Below the pieces are notes generated by a model. The model was not told the DNA's origin. It saw nothing but the letters and a program-made list of their open reading frames with translations, and did not search any database. Shown one piece after another: positions 40,832-56,230 of a DNA stretch of 64,000 bases. The DNA comes from the human T2T-CHM13v2.0 reference genome, Homo sapiens, in the NCBI RefSeq assembly GCF_009914755.1, contig NC_060942.1. The stretch is one strand, 5' to 3'. Both the position numbers and the translations under genes were made by a program. Position 1 is the first letter of the stretch, and the number at the start of each line of letters is the position of its first letter.

Positions 40832-41151
40832 CCTTTTTTTTTTTTTTTTTTTTTTTTTTTTGAGACGGAGTCTCACTCTGTCGCCCAGGCTGGAGTGCAG
40901 TGGCGCGATCTCTGCTTACTTCAACTTCAACCTCCTGCCTCCTGGGTACAAGCTATTCTCCTGCCTCAGCCTCCCAAGTAACTGGGATTACAGGTGTGAG
41001 CCAACATGCCTAGCTAATTTTTTGTATTTTTAGTAGAGACGGGGTTTCACCAAGTTGAGCAGGCTGGTCTCAGACTCCTAACCTCAAGTCATCCACTTGC
41101 CTCAGGCCCCCAAATTACTGGGATTACAGGTGTGAGCCACCACACCCAGCC
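40832..41151 (-). mobile_element. AluS with T28 tail
   Basis: Poly-T 40834-40861, reverse Alu body, TSD AATGTGCTTCACTT (40818-40831) / AATGTGTTTCACTT (41152-41165). Confidence 0.94.
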
Positions 41152-43112
41152 AATGTGTTTCACTTTCAGGAGCCCTTTAGGCAAATGGGTCTGGGCAAAA
41201 TGATTCACCTACTTTGTAGGGAACTATTTACCATGTGTCTCAGACAGTGATAACCTTGATGGAGGCACACAATTTTCTGTTATAATCTTTAAGCAGTGGA
41301 AGCCAACTCATCCTACAGCACAAAGTCTGTACAACTCTTTCTGAGGCAGGGAATATCAGGTTCTTCACATTAAAAAAAGAAGCAAAAATAGAATTGAAAA
41401 CCAAAAACCACAAAACAATGAAAAATACACATCCTGTCTACCTAACTAAATAAAATGCATCTTAAGTATCTCCTTTGTAGCTCCAGAAACTAGTGCAGGA
41501 CTTTGCACATAAAGCTCTGTCATTTGGATAGAAAAGCACATAATTATCAAAATTAGGTATGGGAAGAAATTTAGAGGAAGACAGTTTGCAATCACATTTA
41601 ACCTGTAACTAGCCCAAGGTCATCACACTAGTTTGTGTCAAGGAAGCAAATGTATTTTATTGACTATGATATCTTGTTCATATGCTGTTTTGTTAAACCA
41701 AAAAGTCCTCAGAAATGAAGTCCTGAGCATCAACTTCTCTTACCTTTCCTATAAAAATTAATCCAAGTATGTATACAGTGGACAAATGGTAATCATTTCA
41801 CAAGTCTGTGTTGAATAAATGAAAGCAAAAATGTGATTTTCTTTTATGTTGTTCTATTCCTTCCCATACAATTTCTACATGTCATCTTAAAGATATGGAC
41901 TGAGCTGAATGTGAAATATTGCAACTTGATTATAGGGATCAGATTTTGTTAAATTATGTCTTACTCTTTGAATAGTCCAGATAAAGTTAAAATGCTAGTG
42001 GCAGGAAGAAAAATTATGACATCTAAAATTCATTTTGTATCTATTGTTGTCATATTTATTGCCATTTTGAATGAATTTAATTATTTTTAAATAGCTCATA
42101 CCATTTCCATATGCATCATTGCTGAATTGCAAGAAAAACAGCTAGCATCATTCAAGGAGGAGCCTAGGCACAAATGAAAAAGGGAAAATATGTCATCGTC
42201 TGACTCTCACTATCCCTTTCCCTGCTCCTTTAGTCCTTCCAGAAACATTCCTTTGTCTACATATAGTTCTCAGTTAGAGCTCATTGACTGCCTGCAAACC
42301 AATTCAGCACTGAGTAATGTCATTCACTTGAACATAAGGTCTCCACTATGGGACAACTGAGGTGAGATTCCATAAGTGGCTATGAGTCAGCCTCAAGTCA
42401 AAATAACCACCTGCGTCACCATCATGCCAAACCAGACACTGGGACACTTGGAAACTCTCTCCATTGAAAACTCTAACTATGTGTATCTGTCTCTTCATTC
42501 AGACCTGTATTTCAAGATGGATTAGAAGAAAAGAATGGAAGCAAGCTGAAGATTCCATGACTATTTGAAAAAAAATAATATTTTTTGGATTATAAGGATA
42601 ACTACACCTATATCCACCTATGGTGGTTTTAAACTTTAACAATTACTAAAAACATGCTCACTCTGAAAATATGAATAATATTCCTATGATTGAAAGCAAC
42701 CACGGTTTATAGTAACTTTAAGGGCTATTAAGCAAGTTCCTATATGAATCCAGAGAGTGAATTGTATAAGCATTTAGAATGTGCTGATGATAAAGGGATT
42801 CATAAAAGTTGTTATGCTGATTTTATGTTGATGGATGTTTAATATAAGGTGAGTTATTAACCAAAGGCAAGTGAAACTAATGTTTTAGTGTTATGATGTA
42901 TGTGTAATTGAAAGTGAATCTTCTTGGCAAAATGGGGAGCACAGTGAAAGAGGAAGAATGAGTGAGTTTAAATAAAGATGATAACACAGATAAATCCATT
43001 TGCAATGCCAGTACCAGAAGCCAAGTTTCATATAGACCCAAAAATCTCTACCCCCAAAGGAATCTAGTCCGAAAGTATTTTAAGTGTTACATAGATGAAC
43101 TCAATTTTGCTT

Positions 43113-43245
43113 CTTTTTAACAATTTTTATGGATATGTAATGATACTACATATTTATGGGGGGTATGTGATCTTTTATATAAGCATACCATGTGTAGTAA
43201 TAAAATCTGTGTAACTGGAATTTCCAGTTTCTCAAGGATTTATCA
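43113..43245 (-). mobile_element. L1MA 3' terminal fragment
   Basis: TACATATTTATGGGGGGTATGTGAT...CATACCATGTGTAGTAAT...CTCAAGGATTTATCA. Confidence 0.7.
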
Positions 43246-44027
43246 AGTTCTGCTTTTTAATTAGATCCATGCAGTCTTTCTTCTTCTTCTTCCTTTTCAC
43301 CATATGTCTTTTTCCACTCTTCGCAGCCTTTTGATTTATTGCCTGCCTTCTTTTCCTCCTGCATATTACAGGTAGTTATGAGGCAAGTCATTTACCTTCT
43401 TTTTGGAGGCAGTCCTAATCATTGGAAGAATAGAGAGTTCAGCGTCTATACCAGGTCAATTTGTTTAGAGTTTAGACTTCCAAGGCTTAGTCTGAGGCCC
43501 CTGGAACATAACCTTAGATTGAGTAATGATTATAAAATAGACACATGAAGACCCATGAACACATTAGGATACTCCTCTTTTGTTTCTTTCCCTCATGGTC
43601 CTCTTCACCATTTTGTAAACCTTCACTTCATCACAACAATCAGGTAACAGAGTGGGACTAAAATGCCTCATAAATGAACTCACAAAATGCTCCAACAATG
43701 AATTCACAGAAATGCTGAGATTTTCTTTTTTTTATTGGTTGGTTGGCTGGTTGATTGCTTGGTTTGTTGGCAAAAGGCAAATAAGCCTTAAGTATGGGGA
43801 AGAAAAGAAATTCCAAAGGACACTTGCTAATAATTGAATAAAAAACAGGATAACTTCAATACACGCTAAAAAAAAAAAAAAGATGCAAAATCTTATGGAT
43901 CTCTCCCACAAGGGAGTCTTTGTTCATATTTTACACTATGAAAAAGAATTGAGGCCAAGATATAAAACGTGTTTCAGCATCTAATTAGTTTAAAATATTC
44001 AAATTAAAAAAAAAACATGTTTTACAT

Positions 44028-44242
44028 CACTGTAGGGTGGCTATCATTAACAATAATATGCAGTTTCAAATAGCTAGAAGGAGAATATTGAAAGTTCCCA
44101 ACATGAAGAAGTGATCAATGTTTGAGATGATGAATATGCTAATTACTTTGATCTAATAACTTTGTATACTATATATATCAAAACATCACTATGCACCCCA
44201 TAAATATATACAATTTTTACTTGTCATTTAAAAAATAAAATT
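44028..44242 (+). mobile_element. L1MA 3' terminal fragment
   Basis: TTTCAAATAGCTAGAAGGAGAATATTGAA..TTCCCAACA..AATGTTTGAGATGATGAATATGCTAATTAC...ACCCCATAAATAT, A-rich end. Confidence 0.8.
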
Positions 44243-44594
44243 TAAGAAGTCTAAACAAAATATTTAAAAATTGCTAAAAATACTATACCATATACTATGG
44301 ATTCATTTATCAAAAATTTTTAAATTCTTGAAGAAAAAGATAATTTTTTCCAAAAATACTTATCAAATTAAAAATAGAATATGGCAAACAATAAACAAAA
44401 CTGTCTTACATACTTTGAACCTATGCTGGTCTACCTTCTGCCAAAACAAAATATTAATAAACAAAAAAGTGGACATTGAGAATTAGAGGACTGTTTTGTT
44501 GTTTTATTATATTCAAATGTTATAGTGTATTATTAAACAGATAATTGATGAGTCAGTTTGGGTTTGTCATGCCAAAACTGTCACTGTAAATATT

Positions 44595-44637
<43 letters not shown>

Positions 44638-46109
44638 TTGTAATTTTTTATTTCCATAGGTTTTGGGGGAATTGGTGGTATTTGGTTACGTGAGTAAGTT
44701 CTTTAGCAGTGATTTGTGAGATTTTGGTGCACCCATCACCCCAGTAGTATACTCTGAACCCAATTTGTAGTCTTTTTCCCTCACCTCCTTCCCACCCTTC
44801 CTCCTCGAGTCCATTGTATCATTCTTATGCCTTTGCATCTTCATAGCTTAGCTGCCACTTATGAGTGAGAACATACAATGTTTGGTTTTCCATTCTTGAG
44901 TAATTTCTTTTTTTTTTTTAATTATACTTTAAGTTTTAGGGTACATGTGCACAACGTGCAGGTTAGTTACATATGTATATATGTGCCACGTTGGTGTGCT
45001 GCACCCATTAACTCATCATTTAACATTAGGCATATCTCCTAATGCTATCCCTCCCCCCTTCCCCCTCCCCCCTCCCCCCACATCTTGAGTAATTTCACTT
45101 AGAATAATAGTCTCCATTCCCATCCAGGTTACTGTGAATGCCATTAATTTTTTCCTTTTTATGGCTGATTAGTGCTCCATCATAACTATATACCACAGTT
45201 TCTTTATCCATTCGATGATTAATGGGCATTGGGGCTGGTTCCACATTTTCGCAATTGTGAAATGTGCTGCTATAAACATATGTGTGCAAGTGTCTTTTTC
45301 ATATGATGACTTATTTTCCTCTGGGTAGATACTCAGTAGTGGGATTGCTGGATCAAGTGGTAGATCTTCTTTTAGTTCTTTATGGAATCTCCAAACTATG
45401 TTTCCCACAGTGGTTGCACTAGTTTACATTCCCACCAACAGTGTAGAAGTGTTCCCTTTTCACTGCATCCATGTCAACATCTATTATTTTTTCATTATGG
45501 CTATTCTTGTGGGAGCAAGATGGTAACTCATTGTGTTTTGATTTGCATTTCCCTAATCATTAGTGATGTTGGGCATTTTTCCATGTTTCTTGGTCATTTT
45601 TTCATGTTTGTTGGCCATTTGTATATCTTCTTTTGCAAATTGTCTATCCATGTCCTTAGCCTACATTTTGATAGGATTTTTTTTTCTTGCTAATTTGTTT
45701 GAGTTTCTCATAGATTCTGGATATTAGTCCTTTGTTGGATCTATTGATTATGAAAATTTCACCCACTCTGTGGGTTGTCTGTTTACCATGCTGACTGTTC
45801 CTTTTGCCATGCAAAAACTCTTTAGTTTAATTAACTCCCAACTATCTGTTTGTGTTACATTTTCTTTTCGGTTCTTGGTCATGAAATCTTGCCCTAAGCC
45901 AATGTCTAGAAGGGTATTTTTGATGTTATCTTCTAGAATATTATAGTTTCAGGTCTTAGATTTAAGTTCTTGATCCACCTTGAGTTGATTTTTTGTATAA
46001 GATGAGAGATGAGGATCCAGTTTTATTTTCCTACATGTGGCTTGCCAATCATCCCAGTACCATTTGTTGACTAGGGTGACCTTCCCTTACTTGATGTTTT
46101 TGTTTGCTT
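44595..46109 (-). mobile_element. 5'-truncated L1PB element (3' UTR and ORF2 C-terminus), interrupted by a younger L1
   Basis: (TTTA)n tail; L1PB-type 3' UTR (GTGATTTGTGAGATTTTGGTGCACCCATCACC); minus-strand peptide DPAIPLLSIYP..CTHMFIAA..W resembles the ORF2p C-terminus. Degenerate TSD TGTCACTGTAAATATT (44579-44594) / TGTCATTGTAAACATT (46110-46125). Confidence 0.9.
44908..45082 (-). mobile_element. 175-bp L1PA 3' end nested in the L1PB
   Basis: Poly-T then TTATACTTTAAGTTTTAGGGTACATGTGCACAACGTGCAGGTTAGTTAC; exact 14-bp TSD TCTTGAGTAATTTC at 44894-44907 and 45083-45096. Confidence 0.93.
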
Positions 46110-49100
46110 TGTCATTGTAAACATTGCATAAGGTAGTTGAAATAAGTGAATTCCTTAGATCCAGGTTCTGTTTTTTTTTGTTTAACTTCTCCCAAAGTCT
46201 TGTATAACATTTTTATTGTTAAATGGAAGGAGATGTGAGTTACAGGATAACATAGATAAATAGATTCACAGTTGGTAGAGAAATTACTCTGACAGCCTTT
46301 TCCACTTAAAATGTCATATAACAGTTCTTCCTCAACTGAAAATAGTTCTTTATGTGGTGTTTCCACAATTCTGCCTTTGACTTTGCAAAACTCAGGGACT
46401 CATCAGATTTAATGATATTATCAAAAGTATGTTTATCAAAATTATGATCATACAAAACTAAGAAAATAAATAATACAATAGCTGAATTTAGATTTAAAAT
46501 CATCCTCCTAACTGAAACAATACTTCATCATCAATAGCATTAAAAAAACTGGGAAAATGTTATAGTTTTGAATTTAGTTCCAAAAAGATTAATTTAATGA
46601 GTTTGGGATCAAGAAGGCCTGCCTTAAAATCCTCTATGTGAAATGAATAGAAAGCCATAATGTAGTACAAATAGAATTAGACTTCATTAATGTATGGATT
46701 TTGTTGACATAATGGACATAGTTCTGCCGCATTTGACATAGGTCAAATCACTTCTGAAGCTCAGGCTTCACTAAAGGTTCTTCATTTTTAGGGAAGCATT
46801 GGCAAAATGGGGGTTGAGGTTAAAGGAAGCTCCTTAATATTGCAAAGGGTCTAGAAATTGTATTGCGCTAAGAACTATCAAAGAAACTAGCTATATTTTG
46901 CCTTAAGACAAAAATAAGGATTGTTAATATTAAAAACAGTGAGAAATGGAAATGTAACAGATTTTATCTCTTCTCTTACAAATGACTCAAATTAAACCAT
47001 TGCAAGGGAGTTACAGGGCTTCTGGTTTTGATTCAAATGAGAAAGTTTTCAACAATTGAAGAACTTGTCTCTTTGTATCATACAACATAGACCTCCTCTT
47101 ACTACAATATTCCAGCAAAGATAGATATTTATGAGGAAATAGGTTATGAGAAAATTTGGAATGAGAGGTTGTATAGAAAGACTCCAATGGCCCTTCTTAA
47201 TTAAAAATTACAGGCTCATACCCAAGGATTGAACATACAGTGCATGACTATTGTCTACAGGTACTGAGGAGGCACCTCAGATACAAAAAAAAGAAAAAAA
47301 GGAAAATTGGCCTCTGTCCCCAATATTTTTGTTACACTTTTAATGTACTCTTTCCAACACATTGTGATAAACTGTTTTTAAACAAAACTATCTATAGTTT
47401 AAGTAATTAATTTTAGATAATTATTCCTCAACTAAACCATTTATACATGTGTAAGAATTGCATCGAGAGTTACTGCACTCTTTTTTTGTAAAAATTGACC
47501 TCTATCATCATTCATGAATTTATTAAAATGTTTAAAATAATGTAATAAACTCCTTGATTATCATTAGTACCATCTACATAAATAGTAATAACTGTGCACA
47601 TACAATACATTGCCCACACATAGCCACAAATATGATTGAAAATATTGACTATTACAAATACATACTTAAGTCTATCCTTGTAGTTAGTTGGTTTATCACT
47701 CTAAAAATAATCACATTGGCAATTTTTTGTTGATGTGGCCTTTTTTCCTCTCTGGGGAAAATTCCAAAGAAACACAAAAAGGAGTAGTAGCAAACCTCTA
47801 TGACCTGGCATCAGAAGATTGGGGATAAATTTGAAATCTCTGGAGCACAATCTTAAATATTCAAACTACCCTAATATAAGTGTCTTGCTGAGTTTTCAGA
47901 AGTGTTGTAGACCATCAATGGCTGCTGTTTGTAAGAGAATAAAAAAGAACTATTCTTGGCTTTTGTAAGCCCTGGATGCTTACTTAAAAATGCATTGGTG
48001 TTTGCTAGGTGTTTGGGAATAGTCATCCCGTTTTTTCATGGAGATTGAGTGACAGCTCTGTGTGGGACAGGAAACCCACTTTTTTAATATCAGAAGATGC
48101 TCATTGATGTTCTAGCTTCACCATTTATTGTTTTCAGGCTTTGAAAAAGTCTTTCTGTAAACCTATGTTTTGTCGTCTGAAGTCTCAGAATAGCTTTTCT
48201 TCTCAACTTATCATCCAAAATTGTTTTGAGGATCAAAAAAGGTGTTTTATATTTTGTTTTGTCTGTTTTGTCTTGTTTAAAGTGAGAACAAAGTAAGGGA
48301 TTATAACCATCAATGCACGTATGCTTTGCTTTACAATATCTTAGGTTCATTTGTATGTCTCTTAGTATCTTAAAGATACAATGTCAGACTTACAATGGCT
48401 TAGAAATTGCTTATTTTCAAGAACTGGAAAAAGGCATAACCCTTAAGAGTTCACAAGAAAATATAAAGAAGATGAGACAGAAAAGAGGATAGCTGAGTTC
48501 TTCCGACTGCTGGAGAAAAACTGCCTTGTGTTTGAACTCTGTGAAGGTGGTAAAGTACTATCTGCAAAGAGAAATCTCAGCTTGATGCTTAAGATATTAG
48601 CTTCAGTTGATTAAGGAGATAAAACCTTGTTCCAAATTGACAAACTTTCAAACCTCATCCTGAGACTTTTCTAATCAACCCAACAACCTCTTGTCCTTAA
48701 ATAGCTTTATTTCTAGAGTTTAATAGTCACTTGGGGTAAAATTATCTGGGCAGGAGCAGAAGCTATGGTAACTTTGTCTAGTCCAGATTAAATACAGCCT
48801 AATGTATACTTTACAAAAACAAATAACAGAAAAGGTGAGAGGGGAATCAATAACCCACAATCCTTCCCTCTAAATGTTTTTAAGTACTGACTTTAGCAGG
48901 TTTTATTTTTATTAAATTGGTATTTGTAAAGGTGGTTTCATGAAAACCTCCAGCCTTAAGGATGCCCATTAAAAGCTGTGTTAACTTTTTAACCTAACTT
49001 TGTTAAGAACAGACATTGACTGTAAAATAATTCTGGCTACTCTGTCATGTTTCAGTGAAGAAGTTCTCTCATTTTCTTATGTTTCGGATCCATCTTTACT

Positions 49101-49547
49101 CAATTGTATTCTACCCTTGGCAAGATGACCTTGAATAGAGTGAAAAAAAGAGCACCATATTTTTACTATAGCAAAACTGAGAGTAAAAATTCTTTAATTG
49201 TGGAAGAGCAGCCTTCACTGATAATAAATTTAACTCAAGCTGTTGTTCTCCCTAACAATTACTGGATTGTCTATAAACTAGTATGGGCACATTTGTGAGT
49301 TTCAGGCTCATGTCATTGTGGGTATGCATTGAGACCTTGTCAAAGACCTCTTCAACATGAGATAGAAGCACTGACAAATTTAAGGACAACCAATGTTTTT
49401 ATAGTTCCATTGAACTCTGATGTTTATCATGGTGGCTTTTATAGAAAATAATAAAATATAGCCAGGCTTGGCTTGAAATGAGTGAGCCATTGACAGTAGA
49501 ATTAAATTCTTTTCACCGCAGGTGTTTTATTACCATTATCTTTAACA

Positions 49548-49571
49548 GCATCATCATCATCATTATCATCA
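49548..49571. repeat. (CAT)n trinucleotide repeat
   Basis: CATCATCATCATCATTATCATCA. Confidence 0.85.
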
Positions 49572-51574
49572 GAATGATCAAGTTCCTACTACATACTGAT
49601 CCTGAAACTGGTGGAGATAGAAAGAAAAATAAATCTCATCTTCTGTTTCTGAAAGGTCTATAATTCATTCTGATGAGATTGCACATATGCATAGAAGATT
49701 TAGTAATAATTCTATATAGAATGTTACCAAGCAAAATGTACAAAAATTAAAAGGAGAAAGACTATTGGAAACTAAAGCTAGCAATGAGGAAGCCTATATT
49801 CACTTGTTTGTTCATCCCTTCAACAATATTTATTACTTTATTACTTAACATAAATTTGGCTGAAATTAATTAAAAACCTATGATTGAATATAATAATATA
49901 TTTTTGTTGTTGTTGTTATTCTCCCATTATAATAACCGGTCATGAGTCTAGCATACCATCAGGGACTCAGATTCTTTCTGTAGTTCTGTCATTTTTATTT
50001 GATTGACTCCATGATTGCTTCCTCTTGTTTACCAGATATTTCTGTAGCTGTAGGTGGTACATTTGCACTAAAGGCAGAAGAGGTAGGAAGTGATATGAAA
50101 TAGCAGATCTTCAAAATTTCTATCCAAGTAATAAATTTTTAAAAAAGTAGTAGGGGAGAATAAACTAAGGAAGAAAGGAGTGGTCAGAAAAGGCAAAAGA
50201 GAAGATAAGGAAGTTAGATATTAATAAATGAAGACAGTTGAAAGATTATTTCAGGCAGGTGGGGAGGTATATGCAATAGATTAAACAGAGAAAGATGATG
50301 TGTTTTGGATAAAAAATAGCAGCTCAACAGGAGTGTTTATTATTTAGAATATCGATTAGCTAAAATTATTTACATTTTCCACTTTTAAAAAGTGGCACAT
50401 CTGTGGTCTCAATAGCCAGTTGAAAAATGTTGGCAAAGATGAAAATAAAATTAGATGCCAACCATGAAAATGAGTCACACCCAAGCAGTTTCTAGAATTT
50501 GATTTAAGGACATAGTCAGGGGCAGCAAGCAAGCATGGAGGCAGTAGTTAAAAACACATAAGTTTTAAGATTCAAAGTCAACAATGGAATTAGGATCTGT
50601 ACTTATAAGAAATACTAAAGCCTCAGAGGTCAGGCAAAGACACGAGGATGAAGGGTTTGTAAGAAAACTGACTAACAGAAGATAGACTTACTGGTAATGC
50701 ACTATGATATGGACAGTTTATAATATCACCTACAGAATTTTATCAGCAAAACAGAGTCCTCCAGATTTTTAAAAATTTGAGGCCAGAAAATATATGTTTG
50801 ATCTAGATTTATTTTCAAATAAATCTAATTATTCTCCACCCTGTACCTTATCTTATTTTGGACAAAACTTCTTCGCTCACTTCATGCATTACATTTATAG
50901 AATCTGCTAGAAATTCTGCCATATAAGAATATATATTAAGGGCTGTGTAAAATCTGTTCTACTCAACCATATCTAATAATTCACTAGGGCCTACTATTGC
51001 TTTTCTCTGTTCTTTAGAGATGCACTGACTTTTCATACAATCATTTCTTGCAATCTGCTAGAAATTGAGGGTGATAAAAATATGTATTAATTTTGTTCAG
51101 TGGGCTCAGATGTTTTCCTTAGTCATCCCAGTTCTTTTCTGGCTCCAAAAGACACACACAAAAAACTCATTCCTACTCCTGCAGTACAAGCAGGCCATTT
51201 TTCATTATTCACTCAGTGCTTTAGACTACTTAACTATAAGTTCACTGCAAGTCAACCTATGGACTTTAGAAGAAAAATACTAAATTACCTCCACAAAACA
51301 CTTCTCCATAACTTATCAGAATGTCCTCTATGTTGGTTTGTCAGCTTCTGAGTTTCAAAATTGCCAATAAGCTCCATTTTATACTGACATAACCAATGGA
51401 GGTTAAAATTTTGTTTCTTGTGTAGAAATGATCTTCAAGATTTAAAAAAAAAATCATGTGAATTTCTCCTTTATTCTAGAACTCCATCAGTTTTATGATT
51501 GTAATTGTATTTCTGTTCATTATAGCAGCCTAAGTTTATTTGTTGATTTTGTTTCAGTGTGGTTCCAGACATTC

Positions 51575-52297
51575 GAACTACGTGATGCATGCACAAGCTT
51601 CAGTAGCCGATTTGATCAAGTGGAAGAAAGGGTATCAGTGATTGAAGACCAAACAAATGAAATGAAGTGAGAAGAGAAATTTAGAGAAAAAAGAGTAAAA
51701 GGAAACGAACAAAGCCTCCAAGAAATATGGGAATATGTGAAAAGACCAAATCTATGTCTGATTGGTGTGTCTGAAAGTGACGGGGAGAATGGAACCAAGT
51801 TGGAAAACACTTTGCAAGATATTATCCAGCAGAACCTCCCCAACCTAGCAAGGCAAGCCAACATTCAAATTCAGGAAATACAGAGAATGCCACAAAGATA
51901 CTCCTCGAGAAGAGCAACTCCAAGACACATAATTGCCAGATTCACCAAAGTTGAAATGAAGGAAAAAATGTTAAGGGCAGCCAGAGAGAAAGGTCAGGTT
52001 ACCCACAAAGGGAAGCCCTTCAGAATAACAGCAGATCTCTTGGCAGAAACTCTACAAGCCAAAAGAGAGTGGGGGCCAATATTCAACATTCCTGAAGAAA
52101 AGAATTTTCAACCCAGAATTTCATATACAGCCAAACTGAGTTTCATAAGTGAAGGAGAAATAAAATCCTTTACAGACAAACAAATGCTGAGAGATTTTGT
52201 CACCACCAGGCATGCATTATAAGAGCTCCTGAAGGAAGCACTAAACATGGAAAGAAACAACCGGTACCAGCCACTGCAAAAAGATGCCAAATTGTAA
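51575..52297 (+). pseudogene. L1 ORF1p remnant (RNA-binding protein), disrupted
   Basis: KRPNLCLIGV..ENGTKLENTLQDII..RRATPRHII..KNFQPRISY..LRDFVTT; premature stops; canonical end GCCAAATTGTAA at 52297 followed by a 63-nt spacer. Confidence 0.93.
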
Positions 52298-52360
52298 AGA
52301 CCATCAATGCTAAGAAGAAACTGCATCAACTAACAAGCAAAATAACCAGCTAACATCATA

Positions 52361-55042
<2,682 letters not shown>

Positions 55043-56004
55043 TGAAAGTTAAATATAAGAGCATCCTCCATTCCAGCTCTAGAAAATTGGGGATTAGCCA
55101 TAGTTGATTTCATCTAACATTTACTGAAGGCCAACTCTGAGATTAGAATTTCTAATAAATCTAATTTGGGTTACAAAGAAAGATATTTGGAGAGGGTTTA
55201 TAAGCACATCCTGCATTCTGTAAGAGATTCATGTTTACATCTGAGCTCCCTTATCATTATTGCATTTGTTATCATTTTTGGGAGGGAGGAAGGTGTTTAG
55301 TTTTTTAACTTCAGAACAGAAATCCTGAGAGCTAGAATTCCTTTTCATATTACAATGTGATAACACTGGGAGACTTGTTTAAGAGTATGCATGTCTTTAA
55401 AGACGGTTAAGATGTAGGATGATAATAACAGAACAAACATATGTCCTGCCATATCCTATGTTACAATGAATGTGCAATACTCTCCCTTGGGTGCAAGAGA
55501 GTGGGGAGTTCTTTCCTGAGGGAAGAGAGAAGGACAGATGCCATCAATTATTCAGTCAATTTTTATTGACTAGTCACTATATGATCAACTCTGTTCCATC
55601 ACTCCAGAGATATGAGACAGAGCCATGGATAGGGTATATGGGTAGGGGGTAGATATATGAAGCAATGAAGGAAAAAATGGGCAATATAAAATGAAGTATC
55701 ACAGGGCCTGCACTAAAGTAAATCATACAGTTGATTTGACTGAGGATAACCAGCATATTAACCTTGATCTCTGGAAATTCTATAATGAAATTTAACTTCC
55801 AGTTTTGCTCCAGTCTAGCGCTCCTATTAAAAACCCACTAAACTCAACTCCAAGCAAAGTGAACTGAAAGTAAGTACATCAACATACAGTTTGAGTGGAA
55901 TTTCATAAAGGCATAAATATCTTTGTGGTTGTTTATCTAATTTGCAGTCTGCACCAAATATACATCTTTTTACTTTCTAATAAGTATTTTTATAGTACCT
56001 ATTA

Positions 56005-56230
56005 CAAATAAAATAATCATTATTTGTGGAGTACTTGCTCTGGATTAGGCACTATATTCAGTGTTTTATATTTGTTATCTCATTTACTCGCTTTTGGTCC
56101 CTATGAGGTATTTTATTGTCTTATTACCCTGGAGAAAACCTGAGCATCAGCAAGATAAAGTACCATGTCCAAATTCATACAGTAAATAAGCAAAAGGGGC
56201 AGAAGCTGAACCCAGGCCTGTTTGACTCTA
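56005..56230 (-). mobile_element. MIR
   Basis: TTATCTCATTTACTC..CCCTATGAGGTA...GGCAGAAGCTGAACCCAGGCCTGTTTGACTC. Confidence 0.75.
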
